A stretch of DNA of 64,000 nucleotides, from positions 1,888,001-1,952,000 of the forward strand of contig CAVZZO010000001.1 of assembly GCA_963779755.1 (NCBI GenBank), in the 5' to 3' direction. Below the pieces are notes generated by a model that was not told the origin of the DNA, did no database searches, and saw only the letters and a program-made list of their open reading frames with translations. How positions within the stretch are numbered: position 1 is the stretch's first letter; the number at the start of each line of letters is the position of its first letter. This stretch comes from an uncultured Gemmatimonadales bacterium. GTDB lineage: Bacteria > Gemmatimonadota > Gemmatimonadetes > Gemmatimonadales > GWC2-71-9. Shown here piece after piece: positions 1 through 11,739 of this stretch. The position numbers and the translations under genes are program-made.

Positions 1-153
1 CACCCCAGCGGAGATCCGACTCCCTCCGCGGAGGACCGCGCCGTGACCCGGCAACTGGTGGAGGCCGGGCGCCTGCTGGATCTCCCGGTCTATGACCACG
101 TGATCATTGCCGGCGACCGGTGGGTGAGCTTCGCGTCGGCAGGGTGGTTGTAA
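1..153 (+). CDS. radC: RadC/JAB-domain protein, 3' end (partial)
   Basis: Frame 1 reads [50 protein letters not shown], the typical RadC C-terminus. Confidence 0.9.
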   Translation, partial: HPSGDPTPSAEDRAVTRQLVEAGRLLDLPVYDHVIIAGDRWVSFASAGWL

Positions 154-156
154 CGG

Positions 157-222
157 AAGTCGCTAGTCACTAGTCGCTAGCGGCCGATTCCCTGGTGACT
201 AACGACTAACGACTAACGACCT
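157..222. repeat. Inverted heptamer tandem repeats (AGTCRCT)x3 ... (GACTAAC)x3
   Basis: agtcgct agtcact agtcgct at 158-178, then ggtgactaac gactaac gactaac gac at 194-220; arms are near reverse complements. Confidence 0.85.
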
Positions 223-226
223 TCTC

Positions 227-2404
<2,178 letters not shown>

Positions 2405-2407
2405 AGA

Positions 2408-2432
2408 AGTCGTCAGCCGCCAGTCACCAGTC
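2408..2432 (+). repeat. Degenerate heptamer run AGTCGTC/AGCCGCC/AGTCACC
   Basis: 7-nt periodic run just after the rel stop, same unit family as 158-178. Confidence 0.55.
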
Positions 2433-2458
2433 CACGCCGCCACAGTCGGATACCCCCC

Positions 2459-2866
2459 ATGTACTGGATTCTCAAGACCGAGCCCTCGACCTATTCCTTT
2501 GACGACCTTGTGCGGGAGAAACGCACGACCTGGGACGGGGTGCGGAATCCGGTCGCCCTCAAGCACCTCCGCGCCATGCAGGCAGGCGACGAGGTCCTGA
2601 TCTACCACACCGGAAAAGAAAAGGCCGTGGTGGGCCGGTCGAGGGTGGCCCGGGCCGCGTATCCCGATCCGAAGGCGGGCGACGCCAGGCTCGTGGTGAT
2701 TGATCTGGAGGCCGGCCCCGCCGCTCCACGCCGGGTGACTCTGGCGGAGATCAAAGCCGAACCCGCCTTCAGGGATCTGGCCCTGGTGCGCCAGGGACGG
2801 CTGTCGGTGGTGCCGGTGCCGCCGGAGCTCTGGAACAGGCTCCGGTCCATGGCTGGATTCCCTTGA
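2459..2866 (+). CDS. EVE domain protein
   Basis: YWILKTEPSTYSFDDL, WDGVRN, GDEVLIYHTG, RQGRLSVVPV are EVE (PUA-like) signatures. Confidence 0.92.
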   Translation: MYWILKTEPSTYSFDDLVREKRTTWDGVRNPVALKHLRAMQAGDEVLIYHTGKEKAVVGRSRVARAAYPDPKAGDARLVVIDLEAGPAAPRRVTLAEIKAEPAFRDLALVRQGRLSVVPVPPELWNRLRSMAGFP

Positions 2867-2895
2867 GCCTCTCGAGCTTCTGGACCAGTAGTTGA

Positions 2896-2980
2896 GTCGA
2901 AGGTCAAAGGTCGAAGGTCAAACTCCGGAAGTTCACCAGGCGCTGCAGTTGCACTGGAATTCGACCTTCGACCTTCGACC
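2896..2980. repeat. Inverted heptamer repeats (GTCRAAG)x4 ... (TTCGACC)x3
   Basis: gtcgaag gtcaaag gtcgaag gtcaaa at 2896-2922; ttcgacc x3 at 2960-2980. Confidence 0.9.
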
Positions 2981-3011
2981 GCCGAGCGCCCGGCCGTTCG
3001 CCGCCCTCGAC

Positions 3012-3017
3012 TATATT
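3012..3017 (+). promoter_or_regulatory. Putative -10 box (TATATT) of a leaderless uvrB transcript
   Basis: TATATT-cccggc-ATG, no SD sequence. Confidence 0.6.
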
Positions 3018-3023
3018 CCCGGC

Positions 3024-5081
3024 ATGTCCGTCCAGTCTTTCCAGGTCGTCGCGCCGTTCGAGCCCGCCGGAGACCAGCCGCACGCCATCGAGCAGCTGAC
3101 GGCCGGCCTGGTGGCCGGACGGAAATACCAGACGCTGCTCGGCGTCACCGGCAGCGGCAAGACGATGACCCTGGCGCACGTCATCGCGAAGTACGGCAAG
3201 CCCACCCTGGTGCTGTCGCACAACAAGACCCTCGCGGCCCAGCTCTACGGCGAGCTGCGGCAGTTCCTGCCGCACAACGCCGTCGAGTATTTCGTGTCCT
3301 ATTACGACTACTACCAGCCGGAAGCGTACGTCCCCACCACCGACCTCTATATCGAGAAGGACGCCTCGCGCAACGAAGACATTGAAGCGCTCCGGCTCCG
3401 GGCCACCACCAGCCTGGCCGAGCGGGACGACGTCGTCATCGTGGCCACGGTCAGCGCCATCTACGGCCTGGGCGATCCGGTGGAGTACCGCAACCTGATC
3501 GCCGGCGTTCGGGTGGGCGAGGAGCGGGGACGCGACGATATCCTGGCGGACCTGGTCCGGATCCAGTACCAGCGCAACGACGTCGCCTTCGAGCCCGGCA
3601 CCTTCCGGGTCCGGGGCGACACCATCGAGATCTTCCCCGCCTACGATGAAGTTGCGGTGCGCATCGAGCTCTGGGGCGACCTGGTCGAGCGGATCACCAA
3701 GTTCCATCCGGTGAGCGGCCAGACGGTGGCGCAGCTGGACCGCTGCGCGATCTATCCCGCCACCCACTTCGTCACCCAGCGTTCCACCGTGGAGCGCGCG
3801 GTGGTGCGGATCCGCGAAGAGCTGGACGACCGTCTGCGAGTGCTGCGCGGCAGCGGTCGGCTGCTGGAGGCGCAGCGGCTGGAAAGCCGGACCAATTTCG
3901 ATATCGAGATGATGCTCGAGGTGGGCACCTGCGCCGGCATCGAGAACTACAGCCGGCACATCAGCGGCCGGGCCGAGGGCGAGCGCCCCGCCTGCCTGCT
4001 GGACTACTTCCCGCCCGAGTTCCTCGCGGTCGTGGACGAATCCCATGTCACCCTGCCGCAGGTTGGCGGCATGTACAACGGCGACCGCGCCCGCAAATCC
4101 ACGCTGGTGGAATACGGATTCCGGCTGCCCTCGGCGCTGGACAACCGGCCGTTGCAATTCGACGAATTCATGACCCTGGTGCCGCAGATGGTCTGCGTCT
4201 CCGCCACCCCGGGAGACTTCGAGCTGCGGCTCTCCGAGGGCCATGTGGTGGAGCAGATCATCCGCCCCACCGGGCTGATCGACCCGATAGTCTCGGTCCG
4301 GCCGGTCCGGGGGCAGGTGGACGACCTGCTGGAAGAGATCCGCCAGCGCACCGCCAGGAACGAGCGCGTCCTGGTGACGACGCTGACCAAGCGCATGGCG
4401 GAAGACCTGACCGACTATCTGCAGCAGACCGGCATGCGGGTCCGCTACCTGCATTCGGACATCGACGCCATCGAGCGTATGGAAATTCTGCGGGGACTCC
4501 GGCTGGGCGATTTCGACGTGCTGGTCGGCATCAATTTGCTGCGCGAGGGGCTCGATCTGCCGGAGGTATCGCTGGTCGCCATACTCGATGCGGACCAGGA
4601 AGGCTTCCTCCGCTCCGACCGGTCGCTCATCCAGACGGTAGGGCGCGCCGCGCGCAATGTGCACGGCCAGGCCATTCTCTACGCCGATCGGATGACCGGC
4701 TCCATGGAGCGCGCCCTGGCCGAGATGGACCGGCGGCGCGCCATCCAGCAGCAGTACAACCAGGACCATGGGATCACGCCGGTCTCGATCGTGAAGTCGC
4801 TGGAGCAGGTCCGTCTCTCTACCCGCGTGGCCGACGCCCGCACCCAGCGCCCCCCCGCGCAGACCGCCGCCATCGCCGGCGGCGACCTGCACGATCCCGA
4901 GCAGCGCGCGCGCGCCATCGAAGCCCTGGAGCAGCAGATGCGCGAGGCGGCCGCCAATCTGGAATTCGAGATGGCCGCCCTGCTGCGCGATCAGCTGACC
5001 GAGCTGCGTGCCCTGGGCGCGCCCAACGTGCGCCGGGAGTCCCCCTCGCGTCCCCGTGCCCGGACGCGCCGGCGGGCATGA
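3024..5081 (+). CDS. uvrB: Excinuclease ABC subunit B
   Basis: [24 protein letters not shown] beta-hairpin, [20 protein letters not shown]-terminal UVR. Start moved to ATG 3024 because the upstream extension runs through a repeat. Confidence 0.97.
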   Translation: MSVQSFQVVAPFEPAGDQPHAIEQLTAGLVAGRKYQTLLGVTGSGKTMTLAHVIAKYGKPTLVLSHNKTLAAQLYGELRQFLPHNAVEYFVSYYDYYQPEAYVPTTDLYIEKDASRNEDIEALRLRATTSLAERDDVVIVATVSAIYGLGDPVEYRNLIAGVRVGEERGRDDILADLVRIQYQRNDVAFEPGTFRVRGDTIEIFPAYDEVAVRIELWGDLVERITKFHPVSGQTVAQLDRCAIYPATHFVTQRSTVERAVVRIREELDDRLRVLRGSGRLLEAQRLESRTNFDIEMMLEVGTCAGIENYSRHISGRAEGERPACLLDYFPPEFLAVVDESHVTLPQVGGMYNGDRARKSTLVEYGFRLPSALDNRPLQFDEFMTLVPQMVCVSATPGDFELRLSEGHVVEQIIRPTGLIDPIVSVRPVRGQVDDLLEEIRQRTARNERVLVTTLTKRMAEDLTDYLQQTGMRVRYLHSDIDAIERMEILRGLRLGDFDVLVGINLLREGLDLPEVSLVAILDADQEGFLRSDRSLIQTVGRAARNVHGQAILYADRMTGSMERALAEMDRRRAIQQQYNQDHGITPVSIVKSLEQVRLSTRVADARTQRPPAQTAAIAGGDLHDPEQRARAIEALEQQMREAAANLEFEMAALLRDQLTELRALGAPNVRRESPSRPRARTRRRA

Positions 5082-5485
5082 TCCGGCCCCTTACCCAGGC
5101 GGAGCTGGTTGCGGAGGGGCAGTCCCTGGGGCGCGCCCTGCCGCCCGGCAGCATCGTCTTCCTCGAAGGGGAACTCGGGGCGGGGAAGACCACGCTGGTG
5201 CAGGCGCTGGTGCGTGGCCTGGGTGTGCCCGAAGCCACCAGTCCGACCTATGCGCTGGTCCATCGCTATACCGGCCGCCGCGGCCCCGTCTTTCACCTGG
5301 ACTGCTACCGCCTCCGCTCCCCCGACGATGCCGCCGACTTCGACTGGGAGACGATGCTGCGCGAGGGCGACGCCATCCTGATCGAGTGGCCCGAGCGGGC
5401 CGGTTCCTGGGCGCCCGCGCCCACCATGCAATTGCGGCTGCATCACCTGGACGATCCCGTCCTCCGCGGACTGGAGATCGGCTGA
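5078..5485 (+). CDS. tsaE: tRNA t6A biosynthesis ATPase TsaE
   Basis: [26 protein letters not shown]. Confidence 0.95.
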   Translation: MIRPLTQAELVAEGQSLGRALPPGSIVFLEGELGAGKTTLVQALVRGLGVPEATSPTYALVHRYTGRRGPVFHLDCYRLRSPDDAADFDWETMLREGDAILIEWPERAGSWAPAPTMQLRLHHLDDPVLRGLEIG

Positions 5486-6213
5486 TGTGGCTGGCACTGG
5501 AGACTTCCGCCGAGCTCGCCTCGGTTGCCCTGGGCACGCCGGGCAAGCCCGGCGCCGAGGTGGTGGTCGAAGGGCCGCGCCGGCATGCCTCCCAGCTGCT
5601 GCCGGCCCTGGAGCGCGCGCTGGTCCAGGCCGGCCGGGCGCCGGGCGACATCACCGGGATCGTCCTGGCCGACGGACCCGGCAGCTTTACCGGGCTCCGC
5701 GTCGCCGCCACAGTCGCGAAAGCGCTGGCGCACGATCGCGGCCTCCCGTTGCGAGCGGCGTCATCGCTCCTGGTGGTGGCATACGGCGGGTGGTGGGAGG
5801 CGATGCGGCCCCAGCCGGCTCGGGTGCGGTCCTTGTCCGATGCCCTCCGGGGCGAGGTGTATGCGGCGCAGTATCGGATCGAGGCGGAGACCATCGGCAT
5901 CGACCTCCCGGCCGGCGTCTTTCGGCCCGGGGCCCTCCCCTCGGGGCTGCCCCGGCCGGACCTGCTGGTCCATGCCCTGCCACCGGCGCTGTCGGACACG
6001 GTGTCGGTCCCCGGCGCCGCCCTCTGTGACGGCCTCCGGGCGCGGCCCCGTGCCGCCACCCTGATTCGTCTGCTGTCGGTCGAGGGAGGTACCCTGCCCG
6101 TGTCGGACATCGCCGGTTGGGAGCCGGAATATGGACGGCCTGCCGAAGCGCAGGCCCGCTGGGAGGCGGCGCATGGCCGACCCCTTCCGGATCCGGGCCG
6201 CGCGCAAGGCTGA
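5485..6213 (+). CDS. tsaB: tRNA t6A biosynthesis protein TsaB
   Basis: [38 protein letters not shown] coupling to tsaE. Confidence 0.93.
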   Translation: MWLALETSAELASVALGTPGKPGAEVVVEGPRRHASQLLPALERALVQAGRAPGDITGIVLADGPGSFTGLRVAATVAKALAHDRGLPLRAASSLLVVAYGGWWEAMRPQPARVRSLSDALRGEVYAAQYRIEAETIGIDLPAGVFRPGALPSGLPRPDLLVHALPPALSDTVSVPGAALCDGLRARPRAATLIRLLSVEGGTLPVSDIAGWEPEYGRPAEAQARWEAAHGRPLPDPGRAQG

Positions 6214-6646
6214 CGTGGCGGCGCTGGGAGCGCTGGAGCCCCGTTGCTTCAGCGATCCCTGGACGCCCGACGCCTTTCGCGAGGTGCTCGCTTCGCCGGC
6301 GGTGAGCGCGCTGGTGGCGGAGAGCGCGGACGGGGCGGTCACCGGGTATCTCATCGGCTGGGTGGCGGCCGACGAGGCCGAGGTCTTGAATCTGGGCGTG
6401 GCCCCGGAGTGGCGCCGCCGGGGCGTGGGCCGGGCGCTGGTGCGCGAAGCCGTCCGGCGGTACCGCGAACTGGGGGCGCGCCAGGTCTTCCTCGATGTCC
6501 GCGAGTCGAACGCGGCAGCCTTGCGACTCTATCAGGACGAAGGCTTCGTGCGGATCGGACGCCGCCGCCGCTATTACCGGCGCCCCGTCGAGGACGCCCT
6601 GGTGCTTCGGGCCGGCCTCGATTCCGATGCGGCGTTTCGTGCCTGA
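6173..6646 (+). CDS. rimI: Ribosomal-protein-alanine N-acetyltransferase (GNAT)
   Basis: FSDPW, EAEVLNLGVAP, RRRGVG, VRESN, GRRRRYY, EDALVL; usual tsaB-rimI synteny. Confidence 0.9.
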   Translation: MADPFRIRAARKADVAALGALEPRCFSDPWTPDAFREVLASPAVSALVAESADGAVTGYLIGWVAADEAEVLNLGVAPEWRRRGVGRALVREAVRRYRELGARQVFLDVRESNAAALRLYQDEGFVRIGRRRRYYRRPVEDALVLRAGLDSDAAFRA

Positions 6647-6747
6647 GGCCGTATCTTTCGGTTAGCCTGACGGGCGCGGACGCATTATTCTTGGCCCCTC
6701 GCTCCAGTCATCCAGTCCCAGTACAGTCCTGAACGCGGGAGGTTGTC

Positions 6748-7221
6748 GTGAGCCGGAGTCTCAACAAGGTGATGCTGATCGGAAACCTCGGCGCCGACCC
6801 CGAGGTCCGCAGCACCGGGAACGGAACCCGGGTCGCCACCGTCTCGCTGGCGACCAGCCGCCGCTGGAACAGCCAGAGCGGCGAAGCCCAGGAAAAAACC
6901 GAGTGGCACCGGGTGATCTGCTGGAACCGCAAGGGCGGCAGCGGGCTCGCCGACGTGGTCGAGAAGTACGCCAAGAAGGGCGACAAGCTCTACGTCGAGG
7001 GCAGTATCGAGTACCGCTCCTGGCAGGATCGCGAAGGCCAGACCCGCTACACCACCGAGATTCGGGCCTCCGAGATCATCCTGCTCGGCAGCCGCGGCGA
7101 CGGTGAGGGCGGGTCGCCCGCGCGGGTCACGGCCGGCGCCGCAGCGCCGCCCCGTAAGGAGGAGTCGTTCGACGACTTCCCCGAAGCGCTCGATTCCGAG
7201 GACGACGATCTGCCGTTCTAG
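6748..7221 (+). CDS. ssb: Single-stranded DNA-binding protein
   Basis: SLNKVMLIGNLGADPE, TEWHRV, acidic tail DDDLPF. Confidence 0.98.
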   Translation: MSRSLNKVMLIGNLGADPEVRSTGNGTRVATVSLATSRRWNSQSGEAQEKTEWHRVICWNRKGGSGLADVVEKYAKKGDKLYVEGSIEYRSWQDREGQTRYTTEIRASEIILLGSRGDGEGGSPARVTAGAAAPPRKEESFDDFPEALDSEDDDLPF

Positions 7222-7313
7222 AGGGCAAGGCGGCAGGGGCGGCAGGGGCGGCAGGGGCAAGGCATGCCTTGCCCCTGCCGCCCTGCCACCCTGCCGCCCT
7301 CCCGCCTTCCGCC
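7222..7313. repeat. 38-bp perfect palindrome (7246-7283) with REP-like core GGGGCAAGGCATGCCTTGCCCC, inside inverted GGCGGCAG(G) tandem repeats
   Basis: Base-by-base pairing around ggca|tgcc; flanking 8-9 nt units inverted on each side. Confidence 0.9.
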
Positions 7314-7533
7314 AGAGCGGCAGCATCCTGCCCTTTACCCCCGCCTGAACCGGTGTTTCACCCTCCCGGGGACCACGCATAAGTCCGCATCCTGTGGAAA
7401 CTTGCGGCGCCGCATCAGGTGTGCCGGCGTATGGCGTTGATTTTGCTGGACTTATATATTGACTCGCACCTCGGCACCAGCCGCTCACCCCCGGTGCCGG
7501 TCCGTTCCAGTCCGTTCTCTGGGAGACCTTACG

Positions 7534-8787
7534 ATGCTCCGTTGCGTTGCGCGGATCCTCTCTGCCCGCTCCACGGCCGGCCCGGCCGCCGCCTTGCTCC
7601 TGCTGCTGGTGCCGGGCCCGCTCCTGGCCCAGGCGCCGGTGCCGGAGACGCATACCGTCAAGAAAGGCGATACCCTCTGGGATATCGCGGGCCAGTACCT
7701 GGGCGATCCGGTCCTCTGGCCGCAGATCTACCGGCTCAACACGGACGTGGTGGAAGATCCGCACTGGATCTTTCCGGGTGAGGTACTGAAGCTCCGGGCT
7801 ACCGAGGGCCCGGTCTCGGCGGTTCCTGCCGAGGCCGCCCCCGCCCCGGGGCAGGTGGCGGAGCAGCAGCCCGCACCGGCGGCCGCCGAGCCCACCCCGC
7901 AGGCCCAGGTCGCGCCACCCGATACCACGGCGGCGATGGTCGTGGTCCAGGAGCCCCCGGCGCCCATGCCGGCGGTGGCGAACCGGTCAGAGGCGGAATC
8001 GGCCTATGCCCAGCCGCTCTCCGGCCTGTTCGGGCGCACCGGCACCCGGGACCTCGACGCCGAGCTCACCGCCTATGTCGAGCAGAACTACCGGCCGCTG
8101 CGCCGCAGCGAGGTGTATTCCTCGGGATTCCTGAGCGAGAATCAACCGCTTCCCTTCGGCGAACTGCTGGGGCCCGTGGCACCCTCCCAGATCGCGAGCA
8201 TCACCAATACGCCGACCGCCCAGCTCTACACCGAGGTGGCGGTCCGGCCGCCGGCCGGGGCCACCTACCAGGTGGGCGATACCCTGCTGATCGTGAATAC
8301 CGAGCCGGCCCTCAACGGAAAGTACGGCGAGGTGGTCATTCCCGCGGGACTGGTGCGGATCACGGACGTGAGCCGGCCGGAGAACCTGGGCGTGGTGGTG
8401 GCGGTCTACGGCCCGGTCCGGCGCGGCCAGCGGGTGATGCCGCTCGAGCCCTTCAACGATCCCGGCCGGGTGCGCCCGGTGCCCATCTCCGACGGAGTGA
8501 CGGCTCAGATCATCCAGTCGCGCGACGGCCAGGTACTGAAAGGCCTTGGCGACGTGCTCTTCCTCGACAAGGGCCGCACCGACGGCGTCGCCCCCGGCGA
8601 TCTGTTCGACGTGGTGCGGCAGGTGGAAGTCCGCGACGGCGGAGCGGCAACCATTCCGGAGACGATCGGAGTGCTGCAGGTGCTCCACGTGCGCGATCAC
8701 ACCGCCACCGTCCGCATCCTGCGCGAGACGTCTCCCGATGTCGGGGCCGGCGCGCAGACGGTGCAGCGGGCGAAGTTGCCAACCTGA
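7534..8787 (+). CDS. Secreted LysM peptidoglycan-binding protein (TsaP-like architecture)
   Basis: GGGAGA SD, signal peptide, HTVKKGDTLWDIA...LWPQIY...DPHWIFPG LysM, Pro/Ala linker, beta-rich C-terminus. Confidence 0.85.
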   Translation: MLRCVARILSARSTAGPAAALLLLLVPGPLLAQAPVPETHTVKKGDTLWDIAGQYLGDPVLWPQIYRLNTDVVEDPHWIFPGEVLKLRATEGPVSAVPAEAAPAPGQVAEQQPAPAAAEPTPQAQVAPPDTTAAMVVVQEPPAPMPAVANRSEAESAYAQPLSGLFGRTGTRDLDAELTAYVEQNYRPLRRSEVYSSGFLSENQPLPFGELLGPVAPSQIASITNTPTAQLYTEVAVRPPAGATYQVGDTLLIVNTEPALNGKYGEVVIPAGLVRITDVSRPENLGVVVAVYGPVRRGQRVMPLEPFNDPGRVRPVPISDGVTAQIIQSRDGQVLKGLGDVLFLDKGRTDGVAPGDLFDVVRQVEVRDGGAATIPETIGVLQVLHVRDHTATVRILRETSPDVGAGAQTVQRAKLPT

Positions 8788-8806
8788 TACGGCTCCAACC
8801 AGCCGG

Positions 8807-8842
8807 AACGGGGTGCCGCCCACGCGACACCCCGTTTTCTTT
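8807..8842 (+). terminator. Rho-independent terminator
   Basis: aacggggtgccgc-ccac-gcgacaccccgtt stem followed by ttcttt. Confidence 0.75.
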
Positions 8843-8950
8843 GGTGCAAGCCGTACCTTTTCGGGGAGTCGGGTTTATCCTTCACGCTCGAACAGCGCCC
8901 GGCAAGCGCGGCGGGTTTCCAGGTTCTCACACCATCCCGAGAGGAGTGGC

Positions 8951-9901
8951 ATGACCGGCAAAGTCCTGCTGACCGGAGGTGCAGGGTTCATCGGCTCCCA
9001 TCTGGCCGCCGAATATCTGAAAGCGGGGTGGGACGTGACCGTCATTGACGATCTCTCCCGCGGGCGGGCAGACCAGGTGCCCAGCGGTGTACCGCTGATC
9101 CGGGCGGCGGTGCAGTCGGCCGAAGCACGGCGGGCCGCGGCCGAAGGCGGGTTCGATGTGCTGAATCTTCAGGCGGCGCAGATCGACGTACGCGTCTCGG
9201 TGCGCGAGCCGGCGGTCGATGCCTCCACCAACCTGATGGGTCTCATCAACATGCTGGAAGGCGCGGCGGCCGGCGGCATTCGCCGCGTGGTGTTCGCCAG
9301 CAGCGGCGGCGTGGTCTATGGCGACCCGGAGCAGCTCCCCACCCCTGAAACGGCGCCCAAACAGCCGATCTCGCCCTATGGCGTCAGCAAGCTGGCCGGC
9401 GAGCACTATCTGCGCGCCCTGGGCGTGCTCCGGGGCTTCGAGACCGTCGCCCTGCGCTATGCCAACGTGTACGGCCCCCGACAGGACCCCAAGTCCGAAG
9501 CCGGGGTGGTGTCGATTTTCGTCTCGCACATGCTGGCGGGCGAGCCGCTTACCATCTTCGGCGACGGCGGGCAGACCCGCGACTACGTGTTCGTGCGCGA
9601 CGTGGCCCGGGCCAATGTGCTTGCCAGCACGGCGGCGGTGCCCGCCGCCGGCGATCATGACGCCCGGGCGTTCAACGTGGCGACCTCGCGCCAGCAGTCG
9701 GTGAACGACCTGGCCGAGGCGGTGGGCCGGGTGATGGGGCAGCCGCCCCGCATCGAACGGGCGCCGGAGCGGCCGGGCGAGCTGCAGCGGAGCGCGCTCG
9801 ACATCCGCAAGGCGGAGGCCGTCCTGGGCTGGAAGCCGGAGGTTTCGTTCGAGGACGGGCTGCGGGAAGTCGTGGCCTGGTTCCGGGAGGAGACGTGCTG
9901 A
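8951..9901 (+). CDS. NAD-dependent epimerase/dehydratase (UDP-glucose 4-epimerase-like)
   Basis: TGGAGFIGSH, SSGGVVYG, YGVSK (YxxxK), RYANVYGPRQ, GDGGQTRDY; GAGGAG SD. Confidence 0.92.
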   Translation: MTGKVLLTGGAGFIGSHLAAEYLKAGWDVTVIDDLSRGRADQVPSGVPLIRAAVQSAEARRAAAEGGFDVLNLQAAQIDVRVSVREPAVDASTNLMGLINMLEGAAAGGIRRVVFASSGGVVYGDPEQLPTPETAPKQPISPYGVSKLAGEHYLRALGVLRGFETVALRYANVYGPRQDPKSEAGVVSIFVSHMLAGEPLTIFGDGGQTRDYVFVRDVARANVLASTAAVPAAGDHDARAFNVATSRQQSVNDLAEAVGRVMGQPPRIERAPERPGELQRSALDIRKAEAVLGWKPEVSFEDGLREVVAWFREETC

Positions 9902-10611
9902 TGCTGCAGCAGATCGGTGGAGCGATGCCCAGCTCAGCCCTGGATCTGGTCTGGCGCTCCACTACCGAGACGAAGGTCGTACTCATCATCACGGCGGTCT
10001 TTTCGCTGGCGTCCTGGTTCATCATCGTCTACAAGTGGTGGCAGTTCCGACGGGCCCGCCGCCAGGCCGACCGCTTCTTCGCGGAGCTGGAGCGGACCAC
10101 CCGTCTGGACGACGCCTACCGCTCCGTCATGCGGCTGCCGCCCTCGCCCTACAACCGGATCTTCCGCGAGGGCATGGCCTTCATCGCCGACCTGCGCCCC
10201 ACCGGCAACCCGGAGCGGCAGGTCACCGCCGGTTCCCTGACGGGCACCCAGCTCGAGGCGTTCAAGATGGTCCTGGCCAAGGACATCACGGCGGAACGCG
10301 ACGCCATGGGGCACTATATCCCCTGGCTGGCGACGGTCGGTTCGGTCGGTCCGCTGCTGGGGCTGCTGGGTACGGTGCTGGGCGTCATGTCGGCCTTCAT
10401 CGGCATCGCCTCCAAGGGCTCGGGCAACATCGCCGCCGTGGCGCCCGGCGTGGCCGAAGCGCTGGTGACCACCGTGGCGGGCCTGAGCGCCGCCATCCCG
10501 GCGGTGATCGGCTACAACATCTTCGTCAACCGGCTCAACGTCTTCGCGGCCGAGCTCGAGGGGTTCGCCAACGAGCTGATCGGCACCATGGCGCGGGAGG
10601 GGGTGCTCTAG
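9895..10611 (+). CDS. tolQ: TolQ (MotA/TolQ/ExbB family)
   Basis: LATVGSVGPLLGLLGTVLGV, VAPGVAEALVTT, AIPAVIGYN; tol-pal context. Confidence 0.9.
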   Translation: MLMLQQIGGAMPSSALDLVWRSTTETKVVLIITAVFSLASWFIIVYKWWQFRRARRQADRFFAELERTTRLDDAYRSVMRLPPSPYNRIFREGMAFIADLRPTGNPERQVTAGSLTGTQLEAFKMVLAKDITAERDAMGHYIPWLATVGSVGPLLGLLGTVLGVMSAFIGIASKGSGNIAAVAPGVAEALVTTVAGLSAAIPAVIGYNIFVNRLNVFAAELEGFANELIGTMAREGVL

Positions 10612-10612
10612 C

Positions 10613-11047
10613 ATGGCCATGGGGCTGGGGTCCGGCGGCCGGCTGGGGCGGGGCAATCTGCCTCTCAACGCCGATATCAACGTCACCTCGCTGGTGGATG
10701 TGGCGTTCGTGCTGCTCATCATCTTCATGATCACCGCGCCCATCATGCAGGGTGGGGTGGACGTCCAGCTGCCCCGCGCCGAGGCGCGACCCCTCACCGC
10801 CAAGGAGGGGATGGTCATCTCGGTCGACCAGCAGGGGCGCATTTTCATCGACGAGACGCCGGTGAGCTATCGGGACTTCCGGGTCACCTTCGCGTCCATT
10901 GTGGCGACCCGCAAACCCACCGGGGTCTACCTCCGCGCCGACACCCGCGTGCCCTACGGCGACGTGGTCCGGGTGCTGGCGGTGATCCGGGCCGCCGGGG
11001 TCAACGACGTGGGGCTGGTGGCCGAAGAGGAGCAGCGCAGCCCATGA
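10613..11047 (+). CDS. tolR: TolR (ExbD/TolR family)
   Basis: INVTSLVDVAFVLLIIFMITAP, LRAD...YG. Confidence 0.9.
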   Translation: MAMGLGSGGRLGRGNLPLNADINVTSLVDVAFVLLIIFMITAPIMQGGVDVQLPRAEARPLTAKEGMVISVDQQGRIFIDETPVSYRDFRVTFASIVATRKPTGVYLRADTRVPYGDVVRVLAVIRAAGVNDVGLVAEEEQRSP

Positions 11048-11739
11048 GCAGGCGGCGGGCCCGGCGGAGCACCCATCGAAGCGGGACCATGATCGGGCTC
11101 GCCGGCACCCTGCTGGTCCACGGGGCGTTCATCGGGCTGTTGCTGCTGGGGGTCAGGCCGCCGAAGGCCCTGCCGCCGGTCTACGCCGTCCAGCTGGTGG
11201 CCGCGCCGGCCACCCCGCAGGTCCGGAAGGCGCCGGAGGCGGTGGAGCGGCCCGCCGAGCCGCCCCCGGCGCCGGTCAAGACCAGGCCCGCCAAACAGCC
11301 GGCGGTGCCCACGCCGAAGCCGGCGCCGGTCACGCCGCCCAAGAAGAAAGAACCGGCGCCGCGCGCCAAACCCACCACGCAGACGCCGGCGCCCGGGGAG
11401 ACGCCGGGCACCGGCACGGACGTCGCCAACATCAAGACGCCGGGCCTGACGTTTCCCTACCCCGATTATCTTGCCAATATCGTCGCGCAGATCTACAAGC
11501 GGTGGGAGCGGCCGGTCAGCGCGGCCCCGCTGCGTGCCGAAGTCAGTTTCCTGATTCTGAAGGATGGTACCGTGCGGGATATCCGGTTCGTGCAGCGCTC
11601 CGGCAACTTCTCGTTTGATCTGGGTGCCCAGGGGGCGATCGAGGCCGCGGGCAACGCCCAGGTCTTCGGCCCGCTGCCGGACGGGTACGAGGCCGATGTG
11701 CTGCCGGTGAGTTTTTTCTTTACCCCGCGCCAGCGGTGA
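11044..11739 (+). CDS. tolA: TolA/TonB-like energy transducer
   Basis: N-terminal TM helix with His, Pro/Lys-rich linker, TonB-C-like domain (SGNFSFD...AI); lies between tolR and tolB. Confidence 0.75.
   Translation: MSRRRARRSTHRSGTMIGLAGTLLVHGAFIGLLLLGVRPPKALPPVYAVQLVAAPATPQVRKAPEAVERPAEPPPAPVKTRPAKQPAVPTPKPAPVTPPKKKEPAPRAKPTTQTPAPGETPGTGTDVANIKTPGLTFPYPDYLANIVAQIYKRWERPVSAAPLRAEVSFLILKDGTVRDIRFVQRSGNFSFDLGAQGAIEAAGNAQVFGPLPDGYEADVLPVSFFFTPRQR

Noticed and set aside
5008..5484. Long N-terminal extensions in the ORF track (tsaB 5008, epimerase 8546, polyprenyl synthase 23389, ftsK 33959, alaS 39557, cpsB 42375, deacetylase 60437)
   Set aside because: They overlap upstream genes or repeats and precede family motifs; coupled or SD-supported internal starts fit better
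7390..7462. TGTGGAAA and AT-rich TTATATATT as a DnaA box or oriC
   Set aside because: Single imperfect box, no cluster or origin-linked genes; more likely the LysM gene promoter
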